64,000 nt of DNA from Eledone cirrhosa (GCA_964016885.1 OZ024742.1:324322001-324386000), one strand, 5' to 3'; shown: positions 1 to 12,495, counted from the stretch's first letter. The notes: generated by a model from the letters alone, not told the origin. A program made the numbers and translations.

Positions 1-23
1 TATTTATTAAAATAACAGATTAA

Positions 24-73
24 AGTTTAAGCAAAGAATGGCTGCTTTCACCCTTAACGGATCTTCTGAAACT
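24..73 (-). ncRNA. Degenerate type I hammerhead ribozyme in a PLE terminal-repeat remnant
   Basis: Minus strand reads AGTTT-CAGAAGA-tccgttaagggt-GAAA-GCA..TGC-TT-AAACT. All three stems close, but the core has U4>A. The flanking sequence (1-50) recurs at about 31984-32030. Confidence 0.45.
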
Positions 74-336
74 AACAAAGTCAATCTGTAAACGCAGAAG
101 TGGATATTTCAAAAAACATTGCAACCGGAGGAAGACAGGAAGACGATATGAATGTATATATTCTTATTCACAACTCTCTATTTATATTATTCTTAATATA
201 TAACGTACATGTATATGCTTGTCTGTACATCTATGCGTGAGTGTGTATGCATAGACGTGTATTTATGTGTTTCATATGAATATGTCTGTCTGTCTCTGTG
301 TATGTATGTTTATATGTATGCATCTATGAACGTATA

Positions 337-401
<65 letters not shown>

Positions 402-402
<1 letters not shown>

Positions 403-580
403 ACGAAGGAAATGTGATAAGGAACCAGATGGACCATAACGCACCAAAGTAATCAAGTAGAGTCGGTAATAGGAACAAGTATGACCCCGACGACAGAGCT
501 CAAGCCTTTTCGACGGCTAATTCTGGACAAGAATTAACCGTCGAAACGGCTTGAGCTCTGCCGTCGGGGTCATACTTGTT

Positions 581-584
<4 letters not shown>
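402..584 (-). mobile_element. Short PLE-end hairpin insertion in (TA)n (family A)
   Basis: Inverted arms (about 468-520 and 535-584) plus a unique tail, flanked by (TA)n. Contains the 3' half of an HHR (GAAA-CGGC..GCCG-TC). Homologous copies at 12366-12495, 26877-27050, 32128-32264 and 32517-32715. Confidence 0.7.
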
Positions 585-629
<45 letters not shown>

Positions 630-808
630 ATATTGGAACGAGTAGGACCCCTTCGTTATATATATATATATGTGTGTGTGTATTGTATGCATGTTGGTAT
701 GCATGTCCGTATGTATGCAAGCATATGTTTTCTCTTTCTCTTAATTTCGAGTATATTTTTTTGACCGGCCACCTTCCTGGTGGCAAGGTTGTAAAGGAAA
801 AGAAATTG

Positions 809-1930
809 TCATCCCTTGAATCGCAAGAATGTTTTGCATATTTTGAAGGTGCCAGCTATCGCAGCCATTTGTAGACTATGAATTAGGGAGCTGCGCTTTT
901 TGTCCGCAAATCCAAGTTCGGTCATACTTTGGTCCAAGCGGGTTGGTATATAACCCGTAGCACCAATAATGATGGGTATGAAGCTAAAGGTGTATCTTGG
1001 ATACTGGATTTGTAAGCTCCTCATCAATGGTCCGTAGATGTCCTCCTTCTCCTGTATTTTTCTGACAACGTTTACATCAAGTGGGCAGCTGATCTCCACA
1101 ACAGAACACGTTTTCAATGTGTGGTCCCAAACTACAATATCAGGCCGGTTGTGCTTTAATTTGGTGGCAGTTTTTATTTTCAGGTTCCACCAGTATTCCT
1201 TAGTGCCATCTGTCTCAATATATTCTTCCTCGTTTGTTGTTAATTTTGTTTTCCGAAGTGCGTTCCAGATAGTTCTAGCTATCCCATCGTGTCTCATGGG
1301 GAGGTAGTAGCGAGATGACTTTCTTTCGCAGCTGGCAACAATGTGGCTTACATCCTCGATCTTTGTTTTACATAGCCTACATTTATTGTCAGCTGCTGGC
1401 CCTCCTCTTTTGTGCAGCAGATATTTGGTAGGGAGTTCTTGTTCCTGTATTGCATAGAGATATCCCTCAAGGTGTGATGTCATAAACTTGTCGGAACTCC
1501 ATGCCAGGCTTTTTGAGTGGTTTATCCCCTCTATGGTCTGTGTTTTACGCCTCAAGTATCCATGCACAACTTTCTCTGTAAATTGGTCAATTTTCTTTTC
1601 TTGTTTGAACATTGAATAGGATCTTCCGATTTCTCTGGGTGAGAGATTTATATCAGGCTTTATTCCATATCTCTCCTCCAGATCAGTCGCTATTCTAATG
1701 ATATTTCTTTTTTCATGCTCATAAACCTGAGCAAGATGGTCGCCAACCTTTTTCCTCTGTTGAAGGTGTTGCTTCAGTGTTACTATCCGGGTCTCATATG
1801 TTGTTAATATTGATTTTAGACCCCGGCCACCTTCCTTGCGTGAGAAGTATAGCCTATCCACATCACCATTGATGTTAAAGTTCCTGATGTTTAACACTGA
1901 GAAGTTTTCGAGTTCTAACATCCATCTCAC
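809..1930 (-). pseudogene. C-terminal part of the R4/Dong-like ORF: CCHC finger and RLE nuclease
   Basis: Motifs RLYFSRKEGGRGL, AIQEQ, CRLC..EDVSHIVASC, RHD, RPDIVVWD, VVEISCP..K..Y and PIIIGATG are the typical RLE-clade signature. Confidence 0.9.
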
Positions 1931-1972
1931 TTAGTTCTTGCAATGACCAGTTCAGTAGGCCAAATGTTGGCG

Positions 1973-3820
1973 TTAGAATTGGCACAGCATAGGTATTGTG
2001 GGCAATGTATTTGTTGTATGCTGACAGTTCTGATGACCATATTTTTTTACTCTTCTGAGGTATTCAGTTCTGGTTCTCTCCTTATTTATGGGTCCATCAT
2101 ATCTGACATTCTCATCCTGTCCAAGATATCTGTAGTTGTCACCTGACTGCAGAGGTTGTATTGTCAGGCCGTTCATATCTAGATTTCTAGAGGAGGGCAC
2201 AGCTCTTCCACGTTTTACTGCCAAATATGCACACTTGGACTCACCAAATTTCATTTTGATGTCGGTTGAAAATTGTGTAATGAGGTCCAATTGTTTCTTG
2301 ATGTCATTGATATTTGGCCCATACAACTTCAGGTCATCAACAAAGAAAAGATGGGAGATACTTCTGGGCCCACTTCTTTGTCCACCTTGTTTCCTGAGTA
2401 GGTAAGATAGTGGATTCAGTGAGAGAACGAAGAGTAGTACTGACAAGCTATCACCCTGAAAGATGCCCTTCTGGTAATGTATCCTATCAGTCTTAACCTG
2501 CTCCTTCTCACCTCTAAGGATCAAATTGGTGTACCAGTTCTTGGTCAGGCGTTCAACAGCAGCTACTAATGGTTGTGGGACTTTAGCTAACTGTAAAGCC
2601 TTAATAATCCACCCATGAGGTACACTATCAAATGCTTTTTGATAGTCCAGCCACACGACAGTCATGTTTCTGCGATTCTTTGTTGTTTTTTCCTGAATCA
2701 TTTTGTTAGTTAGTAGGTGATCTATGCAATCCCACACCTCCCTCTTTCCACCAGCTTGCTCAGGTGTTATGATGTTGTTGGTAGCACAGTGATCCTGTAA
2801 GAACAGGTTAAGGCACCCAGTATATAATTTATACATGATGTTTTGGCAGGCAATTGGGCGGTAATTTTTAGCAAGGGTGGTTTGGCTATTTTTGGGAATG
2901 AGGAGAGTAGTGGCAGTTGATAACCATCTGGGCAGTTCTTGTGTGCCCTTAATGGTTTCTGTAAACAGCCGTATGAGATCTTGCCGATAGAAAGTGAAAT
3001 TCTTCAACCAGTATCCTGTAATGAGGTCTGGGCCTGGCGATTTCCTATTCGACATTTTCTGTAGAGCTGTTTCCAGTATTGACCCATCTATGTCATATTG
3101 TTTTGTCTGGACATGTTGGCAGTAGTCCTGTTCCAGTTGTTTTAGCCAATTAGCTTGTCTGTTGAATCCGTCATCCGTTTCCCATACAGATCTCCAGTAG
3201 CTCTCAATCTGTTCTTTTGAAGGGGTGTCGTTTACAGGGATTGAGCTTTTGCCACCGAAGCTGCGATAAACTGATTTAGGATCTCTGGCAAACAATCTAT
3301 TTAGCACTTGTCGTTTATGGGCTGTTGACTTATATTTTAGTCTTTCTGTTGTAGCTGTGAGTTGTTGTTTCAACTGGTGTAATTTGGAGTTCAAAGTTTT
3401 AAATTTGGTATCTCCAAATCGTCTCTCTAACTTTTTCTTTAGGTCTTCCTGGTGTCGTGTGAAGTTTCTCTCTATGTTGCATTTCATAACGACTGCGATG
3501 TGTGAGATACTTCGTCTCAGGGACAAAATTTTGGTTTTTAAATTTCGCATCCACGCTGGTTCAGGCTTTCTGTTTGTATCTTGATTGCGTGGTTTTAGAT
3601 GTGTGTTATATGATAGCAATGTGACAGCTGAAACATATAACAAAACATTGAGCGTTTCAAATGTCGTTTCTATACCTTTAGATCGTATAGCCTTCAGATA
3701 ATTGCCAGCTATTTCGTTCACCGCTTCCAATTCCAATTTAGTGGGTTCTTTACTGACTCTAGTGTTGTATGGTCTGTCACTCACATTAGGCTGTGTATCT
3801 CTTGAAACATATCGTTCCAT
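1973..3820 (-). pseudogene. Reverse transcriptase region of the R4/Dong-like ORF
   Basis: Motifs KSPGPD, NYRPIAC, WLDYQKAFDSVPH, GIFQGDSLS, HLFFVDDLKLY and YRYLG. Confidence 0.92.
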
Positions 3821-4320
3821 ATCACTTGTAGCGTGCCCACAAGTTTTTGGTGCTCTGTTTGTTCAGTAGAGTCATGAATTGCAGCCTCGTTGTTGATGTG
3901 GTGACAATTACTACTAGAGTCAGCTGACCTTTCTCGCTGTTCTTCAGTGGAAGTGGGATGGATTTCAGCAAAATTGTTGGTGAGCTGTTCACTGTTAGAT
4001 TTAGCTGGCCATTCTCTTTGTCTGTCAGTGGAGGTGGGGTGGTTGTCTACAAGGGCTGTATTTGTAGTATCACTCGATTCCGTTAGATGTATCAATTTAC
4101 ATCTAATGATACGTTTTGCCTGTTCATTTAGATGCTTTGGAGAAAAGTCTAATTCTGGGTGTTTGGAGTTCCATAAAGTTTTTAGCCTTTGCATAAAACC
4201 GAACTTTTGGGGTTCAGATTGTTTGTATGCTTCATATAATTCTTTGTTAAGCTCGTAGCTCCACTGTATACAATGGTTGTAATTGCGATTTGGTCGAAGG
4301 AGACTTGTACTTTTTGCCAT
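3781..4320 (-). pseudogene. N-terminal fragment of the R4/Dong-like ORF
   Basis: Overlaps the RT ORF in a shifted frame. W..ELN..LY..Y....P...G.M.RL..LW...HP pattern as recalled for the N-terminus of this clade. Confidence 0.6.
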
Positions 4321-4961
4321 GATGAGTTCGTCTATTCACTAATATTTTGTATTTATTTTTTTTAAATAGTCGATGATCTTCTTTAAAAGTTACGACAAAG
4401 TTCTGTCAGAATCAAATTTAAAGTTATTCACAGCTTGGGTAATATTTCTTTTCAGTTAGTTTTTAATTCTACAACTGTGTTTTAAACGTTGTTCTTGAAT
4501 CGTTTGAATCGAGAACAAAAAGAACCGTTACTTAGTATATTCCTTTACGAATGTAATATAATATAACAACGCTGTATTTATATGTTAAAGTTTATGTATC
4601 ATTCATATAAATAGGTGTTCTACAACATATTCACAACATTCACAGTTCAAACACTTATATTTTTGTTTCTGAATCGAAAACGTTACTTTTATATTTCTTT
4701 ATAAATGTAATATAACAACGTTGCATTTATATGTTAAAGTGTATGTATCGTTCATATATCATAAGTGTATGTATCGTTCATATAAATAGGTGTTTTACAA
4801 CACACTTACAGTTCAAACACTTATGTAGAATTATTGTATGTAATCTTACCGCGTAATGTAGCTCAACTTTTTCCAATATATGGTATGTTGCCTTCATGTA
4901 AGCCGTAATTACACACGTCCGATTATCGGACACTGACCACAACGGTCGCCATATGTATATG

Positions 4962-4993
<32 letters not shown>

Positions 4994-5037
4994 TGTATGT
5001 ATGTATGTATGTATGTATGTATGTATGTATGTATATG

Positions 5038-5643
5038 TCAGGTCACCAGTTGGTGCTACTGGTAACATGTATCCCAGTACAACCTGTCTCATGGTCGGGT
5101 CGTTGGCGACTAAACTGGCAACCCCACCAAGGTTTCTTGGTGAGGAGGGTGACTTTGGACATCCTGCAGGACTAAAAACAAAACCTGTCAAAGGGCAAAG
5201 GAGCTCTTAAGAGTCAGTGGCCATCCAAAATCACCGGGAGAGATGACCCCTTAGCCTTTGTCAAGGCAGAATTCTAGGAGAAGGAAAACTCTGATATAAT
5301 ACCTGCAACTCTGATGGTATCCAATGATGTTGACTTGTTCTTCTTTTTGGTAAATATCATCTTGGTTAAGAGAGTGGGACTGGCTTTGTGCAGTACCTTT
5401 GATCACTATAAAAGCTTCACGGCAAAGGCATTTTTTTATATCTGGAGATCTCTCTGCACTTGTCATCACATGGTATCATGGACCCAGCACTATGTGTCAA
5501 TATTTGTCACAAGTGTAGTGTTTGTACCAGAGTTTTCAAGTCGCTGGCTGGACTAAAAAGTCACTCGTTCAGCGCATCGGTAGGAGTTCTCCTACATGGA
5601 TATAAAGTAGTGGCCATACTCGAAAACGAATTGGCAGCCACCA
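5038..5643 (+). mobile_element. Internally deleted RTE-clade element (5' UTR joined to 3' end)
   Basis: The 3' part encodes the C2H2 finger CSVCTRVFKSLAGLKSH typical of RTE C-termini. The 5' part is GC-richer and UTR-like. Flanked by (ATGT)n on the left and ATGTATGT on the right. Confidence 0.55.
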
Positions 5644-8343
5644 TGTATGTGTATATGTGTTTATGCATGCACGTGCGAATTTGTGTGTCTATGTATAATT
5701 TAGCTGACAACTAGAATATACACTTAATCTATTTTATTGTGGAAAATAGTTTTGCTCGTAAAATTAATAACTATTTCACCGCCATTAATTTAGCCTACAT
5801 ATTTTTATAAAGACCGCTGACGTACAGAGCCATTTCAATGTCGCCATTATACATCTGATTAAAACGTACATAAGAGCTCGCAAAAGCATGAACATTTTCA
5901 GAAAACGTATAATAAATAAATCTCCATTCCATTATCTCGAAACGAGTTTATTTTAATGGAATTTATCAAGATTGAAGGGTTAGGAACGACGTTATCAATC
6001 AGTTGGCTTTGTTGTTGTCAGTTACTCTTGCTGCTGTTGCTGCTAATGTTGCTGATGTTGTTAGTTACTTTTGTTGTTGTTACTGTTGTTGTTTCTGTTG
6101 TTGTTGAACTCAGATCAGCCATGATTGAATAAATCGAATATCAAATGACTTAATTCGTCACCCGGTTTAACACCACCACTTGACTCGGTGCCTTTAACAA
6201 AGCCCTTTCTATTGTAAGCATTCGAGTTTAGTCTCCGGTTTTTCAAAGCGACCAGATTGAATGGGGATGGCAGGGTATAATAAGTCGTGCGACAACTTAG
6301 AGGCTGCTTCTTTGGATCTAGATGCTAGAGTCTAGTCTGTAGGTGATGTAGCTGCTATATGATGTAGCTGTTATCTGGATAAGTAGAGTGTTAGAAAATG
6401 CTGTATTTTGTGAGGCAAGGAGCTGTTTGTAGTTTGTACCCATGATGTTTCGCAAGCTTTGACGAACTTCCAAAATGCGGAAGTTGTCAATGGTGTTTTG
6501 TGGTATCGTGTAGATCAACTCTGAAGTGGAGGGTCTCTCTATGTTTCGTGGGCCCATGGATCTTCACCGAGAAATTTCCCCATCAAGGCGGAAGCCCGGA
6601 AAAGTTTTTCATGTGTCAGACGAGCCGGCGTCTTTGCATGCAAATCTGCCATCACTATACCATTCAAGGGAAAAGCAGGGGCCAATGCTGCCTAACACCT
6701 GTGCCGTCGCAGGTAAACTTACACTGCAAAATGCAGAAACGGTCACACCAAGATATTACGTGCGATGCTCTAAGAATTTTGGGAATCTACAGCCCGACTG
6801 GTACATTATTTATCGAGCTCAAAAGAATGAAAGGAAAGTTGATTTCACCGGAATTTGAATTCAGAAAGCAAACAGACGGGACAAATATAGCATGGAATTT
6901 AATTCGACATTGTAACAACTCTCCCAATTCGTTGCCTGTGGATCAGATATAAGGAGTCATGATACCAACTACTGCAGACAGTTCAGAGTGCGAACATTTC
7001 AGACACTGAGCCTTCAGAATCGATATGAGAAATGTACAGAAGCCAACAACAACGAAATACCCAACCACAACTCTTCAACTAACAAGTCTCTCAAAGTTTC
7101 AACAACAATGTGCGCAGTCAAATGACTGAGGATGATCACTTAAGATAAAGGGATGAGTTTACTAATTTATCATCAACGCAGGACAAGATATAATTGAAAA
7201 GTTGCTGGTTGTTTTACTAGAAGAGGTTCGAGTTAAGGAGAGTTAATAAATGAGACGTCGAGCCAGAGTAGCTTTATTACTGAAATGTAAGTAAATTTGA
7301 TGCATGGAAACATGATTCTATGCATGCAGAAAAAAAGCAACTAAATTCACAACCAAGCTGGAAGAGTGAATGCAACTTAGACAACAGGGATAGACGAGAG
7401 ATTTGTCTCAGAAGGATAAAATTAATATATATTTTCTCGTTTGAAAAGATGTAATGTACACTTTCAGCTTAATAGAAAAAAAACGTTTCAGATTTACTGT
7501 TCTTTCAATATCTATTCCGGAATTGGTTAGTTGTCTTAAACTTCTCAATGTATCTTGATGATAATCGATTCGAGTTTGCGTGAGACAATCATACAATCAA
7601 TCGATTCATACGCGGATACAATCGATTTTAGTATGTAGAATGTTTATACTAGAAGACTATCCTGCTGAGCTGTCTTCACCTAAAATTAACCCATGTAATG
7701 CTGAGCCAATAAAAGAGCCTCCATGCGGTCGTTCGATATGATAGAAATAGCAACCATATGATTCTCCAACGTCTTAAAAGAAAAAGAGGAAGTACATATT
7801 TTGTAACATCGTCCTAAATATACAAGAAAAAAAATTAAAACTTACAGCGTTTGATCATAGATCATCACTATCCCCCCCCCCACACATATATATATATATT
7901 ATTCAATTTAGGAAAGTCGGTTGATTAGATAATCCACCGACCTTTGTTTTAAACAGAAGTAAAGCACTCTACGAATTTGTATTCCTTAAAATGTTATTGA
8001 TAAGGTATCAACTGGAGTATCGATATCATAAAGAAGATAGACGGTTATAATACACAGAGGATGTACATTTAAAACTGTCTCCCCTCTTTATAATATATAT
8101 ATATAAAGAATTCGACAATGCAGGTTCGGACAGAGAAAAAATCAAAACGTAAGAAGCAGGGTTTTTTTATTTTTACCTTAATTTGTCCAGATGTCGGATG
8201 AAGAGATATTAATCTGGAAATATCAGGACATATGAGTATGTCCAAATCTCTGTCCAAATCTGCATCTCGTGGCTTTCTAACTTCGAATTCTTTATACCAT
8301 ATACAATGCTTCAAGTAAACTACAAATTCTTTCTTTATATATC

Positions 8344-8379
<36 letters not shown>

Positions 8380-8647
8380 ATCTATATATCTATCTACACT
8401 TACATACATAAATAAATACATACATACACATATATATTTATAGGTACGTCTCAGTGTCTGTCTATGTCTGTGTTTACGTTTATAGCGGTTTGCTAAAAAG
8501 GAGATCGATAGAATGAACAGAAGACTTGAATAAACATACTATAAGTAATGGGGCCAGTAAGATTGACTAACCAAATCCTGTAAAATTATAAAAGATAAAA
8601 AGAGTAACTTAATACAATTTCAAAGTATCACCATTAAGTTTATTCAG

Positions 8648-8740
8648 GCGTGACGCGCGTTTCGTGATTAATCAGCCCAAAGTTCGACCTGTATCGATCG
8701 GGCACAATACTGGAATCAATAGCTCATCAGTCTCTACGTA
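8648..8740 (-). ncRNA. Hammerhead ribozyme motif in a PLE pseudo-LTR remnant
   Basis: Minus strand CTGATGA-(long branched stem II)-GAAAC-GCGC-GTC, followed by AATAAA. Stem I is weak. Confidence 0.6.
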
Positions 8741-8896
8741 TCGAGTGCTCAAGTTGGTGAACCAATAGTAACGTAAAGTTACAATACACAAAGAGTTGTA
8801 GTGCACCTCATTTTACTAGCTTCAAGAACGCGTCTACACGACGTGAGAAAGAATCCCAAAAGGTAGACGCGTTCTTGAAGCTAGTAAAATGAGGTA

Positions 8897-8986
8897 TCCT
8901 CTTGATAAGTCGGCAGACCTCGCAAAGACTCTATATCTTTGTGATGTATTGTTTTTGTTTATGCCACGAAACTACGTAGTCGAGGA
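8897..8986 (+). ncRNA. Type I hammerhead ribozyme, U3-A8 core variant (copy 1)
   Basis: TCCTC-TTGATAA-GTCGGCA...TGCCAC-GAAA-CTACGTAG-TC-GAGGA: 5-bp stem I, extended stem II with inner hairpin TCGCAAAGA/TCTTTGTGA, palindromic stem III. Predicted cleavage after C8981. Confidence 0.8.
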
Positions 8987-9489
8987 ATCTAGGAGCAGTT
9001 TAGGTATGATACATTTTATTACTAATTGTATCTAAATGTTTCTTCTCTCTTCATAATGTATTTTTGACTCTGATACTGGTTCGGTCTAATTCAACCGGAT
9101 TGGTCTGTCCCAGTCATTCATTGAGAAACATCGGTAAGGTTGGCACCATTAACTCACGGTTGGGTGTGGATGCATTCATGTATATGTGTGTGTCCGCATG
9201 TATCTGTGTGTTTCTAAATGTGTTGTTCATGACTCCCTCTGGTCGAGTAATCTTTGAAGTGTGGTGACTGCTGGAAAGCTGCCATTACTCATACTTCTCG
9301 CCTCCTTCACCACCTCTTCTACGGCTTCGATATAAATACCCCCTCCGCCTCCGTGGTATTTTCTTCGGGGTTATAAGAGGCTTAGCTCTGTTTCTCGACC
9401 GTTATATCGCGTGACTATCTCCCCCTCCGCCTTTTGGGATTCTTTCTCACGTCGTGTAGACGCGTTCTTGAAGCTAGTAAAATGAGGTA

Positions 9490-9579
9490 TCCTCTTGATA
9501 AGTCGGCAGACCTCGCAAAGACTCTATATCTTTGTGATGTATTGTTTTTGTTTATGCCACGAAACTACGTAGTCGAGGA
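9490..9579 (+). ncRNA. Type I hammerhead ribozyme, U3-A8 variant (copy 2)
   Basis: Identical to copy 1. Predicted cleavage after C9574. Confidence 0.8.
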
Positions 9580-10082
9580 ATCTAGGAGCAGTTTAGGTAT
9601 GATACATTTTATTACTAATTGTATCTAAATGTTTCTTCTCTCTTCATAATGTATTTTTGACTCTGATACTGGTTCGGTGAAATTCAACCGGATTGGTCTG
9701 TCCCAGTCATTCATTGAGCAACATCGGTAAGGTTGGCACCATTAACTCACGGTTGGGTGTGGATGCATTCATGTATATGTGTGTGTCCGCATGTATCTGT
9801 GTGTTTCTAAATGTGTTGTTCATGACTCCCTCTGGTCGAGTAATCTTTGAAGTGTGGTGACTGCTGGAAAGCTGCCATTACTCATACTTCTCGCCTCCTT
9901 CACCACCTCTTCTACGGCTTCGATATAAATACCCCCTCCGCCTCCGTGGTATTTTCTTCGGGGTTATAAGAGGCTTAGCTCTGTTTCTCGACCGTTATAT
10001 CGCGTGACTATCTCCCCCTCCGCCTTTTGGGATTCTTTCTCACGTCGTGTAGACGCGTTCTTGAAGCTAGTAAAATGAGGTA

Positions 10083-10172
10083 TCCTCTTGATAAGTCGGC
10101 AGACCTCGCAAAGACTCTATATCTTTGTGATGTATTGTTTTTGTTTATGCCACGAAACTACGTAGTCGAGGA
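10083..10172 (+). ncRNA. Type I hammerhead ribozyme, U3-A8 variant (copy 3)
   Basis: Identical to copy 1. Predicted cleavage after C10167. Confidence 0.8.
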
Positions 10173-10408
10173 ATCTAGGAGCAGTTTAGGTATGATACAT
10201 TTTATTACTAATTGTATCTAAATGTTTCTTCTCTCTTCATAATGTATTTTTGACTCTGATACTGGTTCGGTGAAATTCAACCGGATTGGTCTGTCCCAGT
10301 CATTCATTGAGCAACATCGGTAAGGTTGGCACCATTAACTCACGGTTGGGTGTGGATGCATTCATGTATATGTGTGTGTCCGCATGTATCTGTGTGTTTT
10401 TAAATGTG

Positions 10409-10461
<53 letters not shown>

Positions 10462-10466
<5 letters not shown>

Positions 10467-10608
10467 ATATTTGGGGAGGGTCATATTGTTATAATATTGC
10501 CAGAAATAATAACAGAACACACTCACTGTTATTATTTCTGGCAATATTATAACAATATGACCCTCCCTAAATATAACAATATTTGTTTCAACACACGATT
10601 TCATATAA
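10462..10608 (+). mobile_element. Miniature hairpin derivative of the 19.9-24.5 kb PLE family
   Basis: Near-perfect inverted arms (about 10460-10514 and 10527-10581). Encodes [17 protein letters not shown], the N-terminus of ORF 20313. Inserted in (TA)n. Confidence 0.8.
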
Positions 10609-10636
10609 ATATATAAATATATATATATATATATAA

Positions 10637-11451
10637 CATATCGCCAATTGTGCTCACAACCAGCATCCAAACTTCAAAATTTTCCCCATTTACAAATTCA
10701 TAGACAACGCTACTTTCATCCAACGTACCAATAAGGAAACATATTTCATTAGCAAATTCCAACCTCTACTTAATGCTCTAAAAATCGGACCAATCTAAAA
10801 CTGCAACAAACAATCAAACATTTACAAGAGTTACTTCCCTCACACCCTACCTAATCCTTTTTCTTAAATAAATTAAATATCATGCAGCAAGAATTGCTTC
10901 CCCCTGCATATTAACTCTCTAAAAAGGGAAATCATATCAAACCTCAGTCCACCATTTGCCTCCATCATGGAATCATGGATCAACTAAGCACTCTTGCTAT
11001 ATTAACACATTTTGATCTGCTTAACTTCAAGAACTATGCCTGTAAATAACATTATTTTTTCTTCCACATTGACTTTTTATGCTCTACATTATGTCCGTTT
11101 TCTTTTTCTTTTTTCTTTTTTCTTTTTTCTTTTCACTTCATAAACCTTGTTTGTAAATAACATTATTCTTTCTGCACCTTCTCTTTAACATGTGTGACAC
11201 CACACTAATACATTTCACTATCATTTGATAATGCATAAAAATGGTGAAACCGGTAATAGAAAATTATTAAACATATAAATATATAAATAAATGCCATTGT
11301 TAAATAATAAATAAATCAACTAATACCTTAACACTTCACATAAAGTAAAACATTTCGTTTTAATTATTTTCTAACCCAGAAAAGAGAGAGAGAAACAAAA
11401 AAGAAAAAAAATATTTTTCTTCCTAATAATCGTCTCTTTCTCCCTGTTTTC
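10637..11451 (+). mobile_element. 5'-truncated PLE: GIY-YIG C-terminus plus 3' UTR
   Basis: 10637-10798 translates to HIANCAHNQHPNFKIFPIYKFIDNATFIQRTNKETYFISKFQPLLNALKIGPI* (R..E..FI...P.LN, a GIY-YIG tail). Degenerate HHR TTGATAA..GAAACCGGTA at 11218-11259. (TA)n on both sides. Confidence 0.75.
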
Positions 11452-11454
11452 ATA

Positions 11455-11590
<136 letters not shown>

Positions 11591-11662
11591 TAGCGAAGCA
11601 AACGGTTATTAAACAATTTTCTAAATAAATTAAAAAATGATTAAATAATCACCTGTTCAGAC

Positions 11663-11743
11663 GCTGTTACCGACGGTTTCATCATTCCGAAAGATTGAAA
11701 ATCCAACGAATTTCTAATGGAAAGAAATGAATCTTCAGACAGC
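11663..11743 (-). ncRNA. Type I hammerhead ribozyme (inverted arm)
   Basis: Reverse complement of 12028-12108 with about 2 substitutions in stem II. Confidence 0.8.
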
Positions 11744-12027
11744 CCTATTTCCACGCCATAAGGTATCTAGCCTAATGGCAAGTAAATATTATGCTCCCTG
11801 CCCAACGCATGCGGTCAAGCCGTTAAAATGACACACACGCAAATCAGGTCGCTGATAAAAGCTGGATATTATAAACATGTCGAATTGCCACTAAAATTAG
11901 AATATCCAGCTTTTATCAGCGACCTGATTTGCGTGTGTGTCATTTTAACGGCTTGACCGCATGCGTTGGGCAGGGAGCATAATATTTACTTGCCATTAGG
12001 CTAGATACCTTATGGCGTAGAAATAGG

Positions 12028-12108
12028 GCTGTCTGAAGATTCATTTCTTTCCATTGGAAATTCGTTGGATTTCCAATCTTTCGGAATGATGAAACCGTCG
12101 GTAACAGC
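12028..12108 (+). ncRNA. Canonical type I hammerhead ribozyme
   Basis: GCTGT-CTGAAGA-TTCATTT...GAATGAT-GAAA-CCGTCGG-TA-ACAGC. Confidence 0.85.
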
Positions 12109-12290
12109 GTCTGAACAGGTGATTATTTAATCATTTTTTAATTTATTTAGAAAATTGTTTAATAACCGTTTGCTTCGCTACTTTTATATTGTTCTGGTAT
12201 CTCGAATTAGTGCCATTGAACCACATGTATTATAAACAACTTGAATATTTCTACAGGTACATTGTACCTGTTGAAGTATCCATCCACTTC

Positions 12291-12319
<29 letters not shown>

Positions 12320-12322
<3 letters not shown>

Positions 12323-12492
12323 ATGAGATTCTACAGGACTAGAACTGTTTCATTCTTGAGAAATATAGCCGTCGAAACCGCTTGAGCTCTGCCGCCGGGG
12401 TCATACTTTTTCCTATTACCCACTCTACTACCCTAAGTATTGAGTACTCTGGTGCGTTATGGTCCATCTGGTTCCTTACCACAATTCCTTCG

Positions 12493-12495
<3 letters not shown>
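12320..12495 (+). mobile_element. Chimeric short PLE-end insertion (family B inverted arm plus family A arm)
   Basis: 12329-12356 matches 31079-31105. 12366-12495 matches 32586-32715. Flanked by (TA)n. Confidence 0.65.

Larger units (their letters stand above)
756..4952 (-). mobile_element. Non-LTR retrotransposon with C-terminal restriction-like endonuclease (R4/Dong-like clade), frameshifted
   Basis: Three consecutive minus-strand ORFs carry RT and RLE motifs. A short 3' UTR ends in an A-run at about 756-762. The 5' boundary is approximate and abuts (TACA)n. Confidence 0.85.
8863..10410 (+). repeat. Tandem array, 593-bp unit x about 2.6, one hammerhead per unit (retrozyme-like)
   Basis: Units start at 8863, 9456 and 10049 and differ by only a few substitutions. 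No long ORF. The 3' end is fused to (TA)n, and an inverted copy of 59 nt of the unit lies at 8805-8863. Confidence 0.92.

Noticed and set aside
9434-10221. Duplicated 64-aa ORF in the 593-bp repeat
   Set aside because: Short, non-ATG start in the track, no recognisable motif, and it overlaps the ribozyme, which explains the sequence better.
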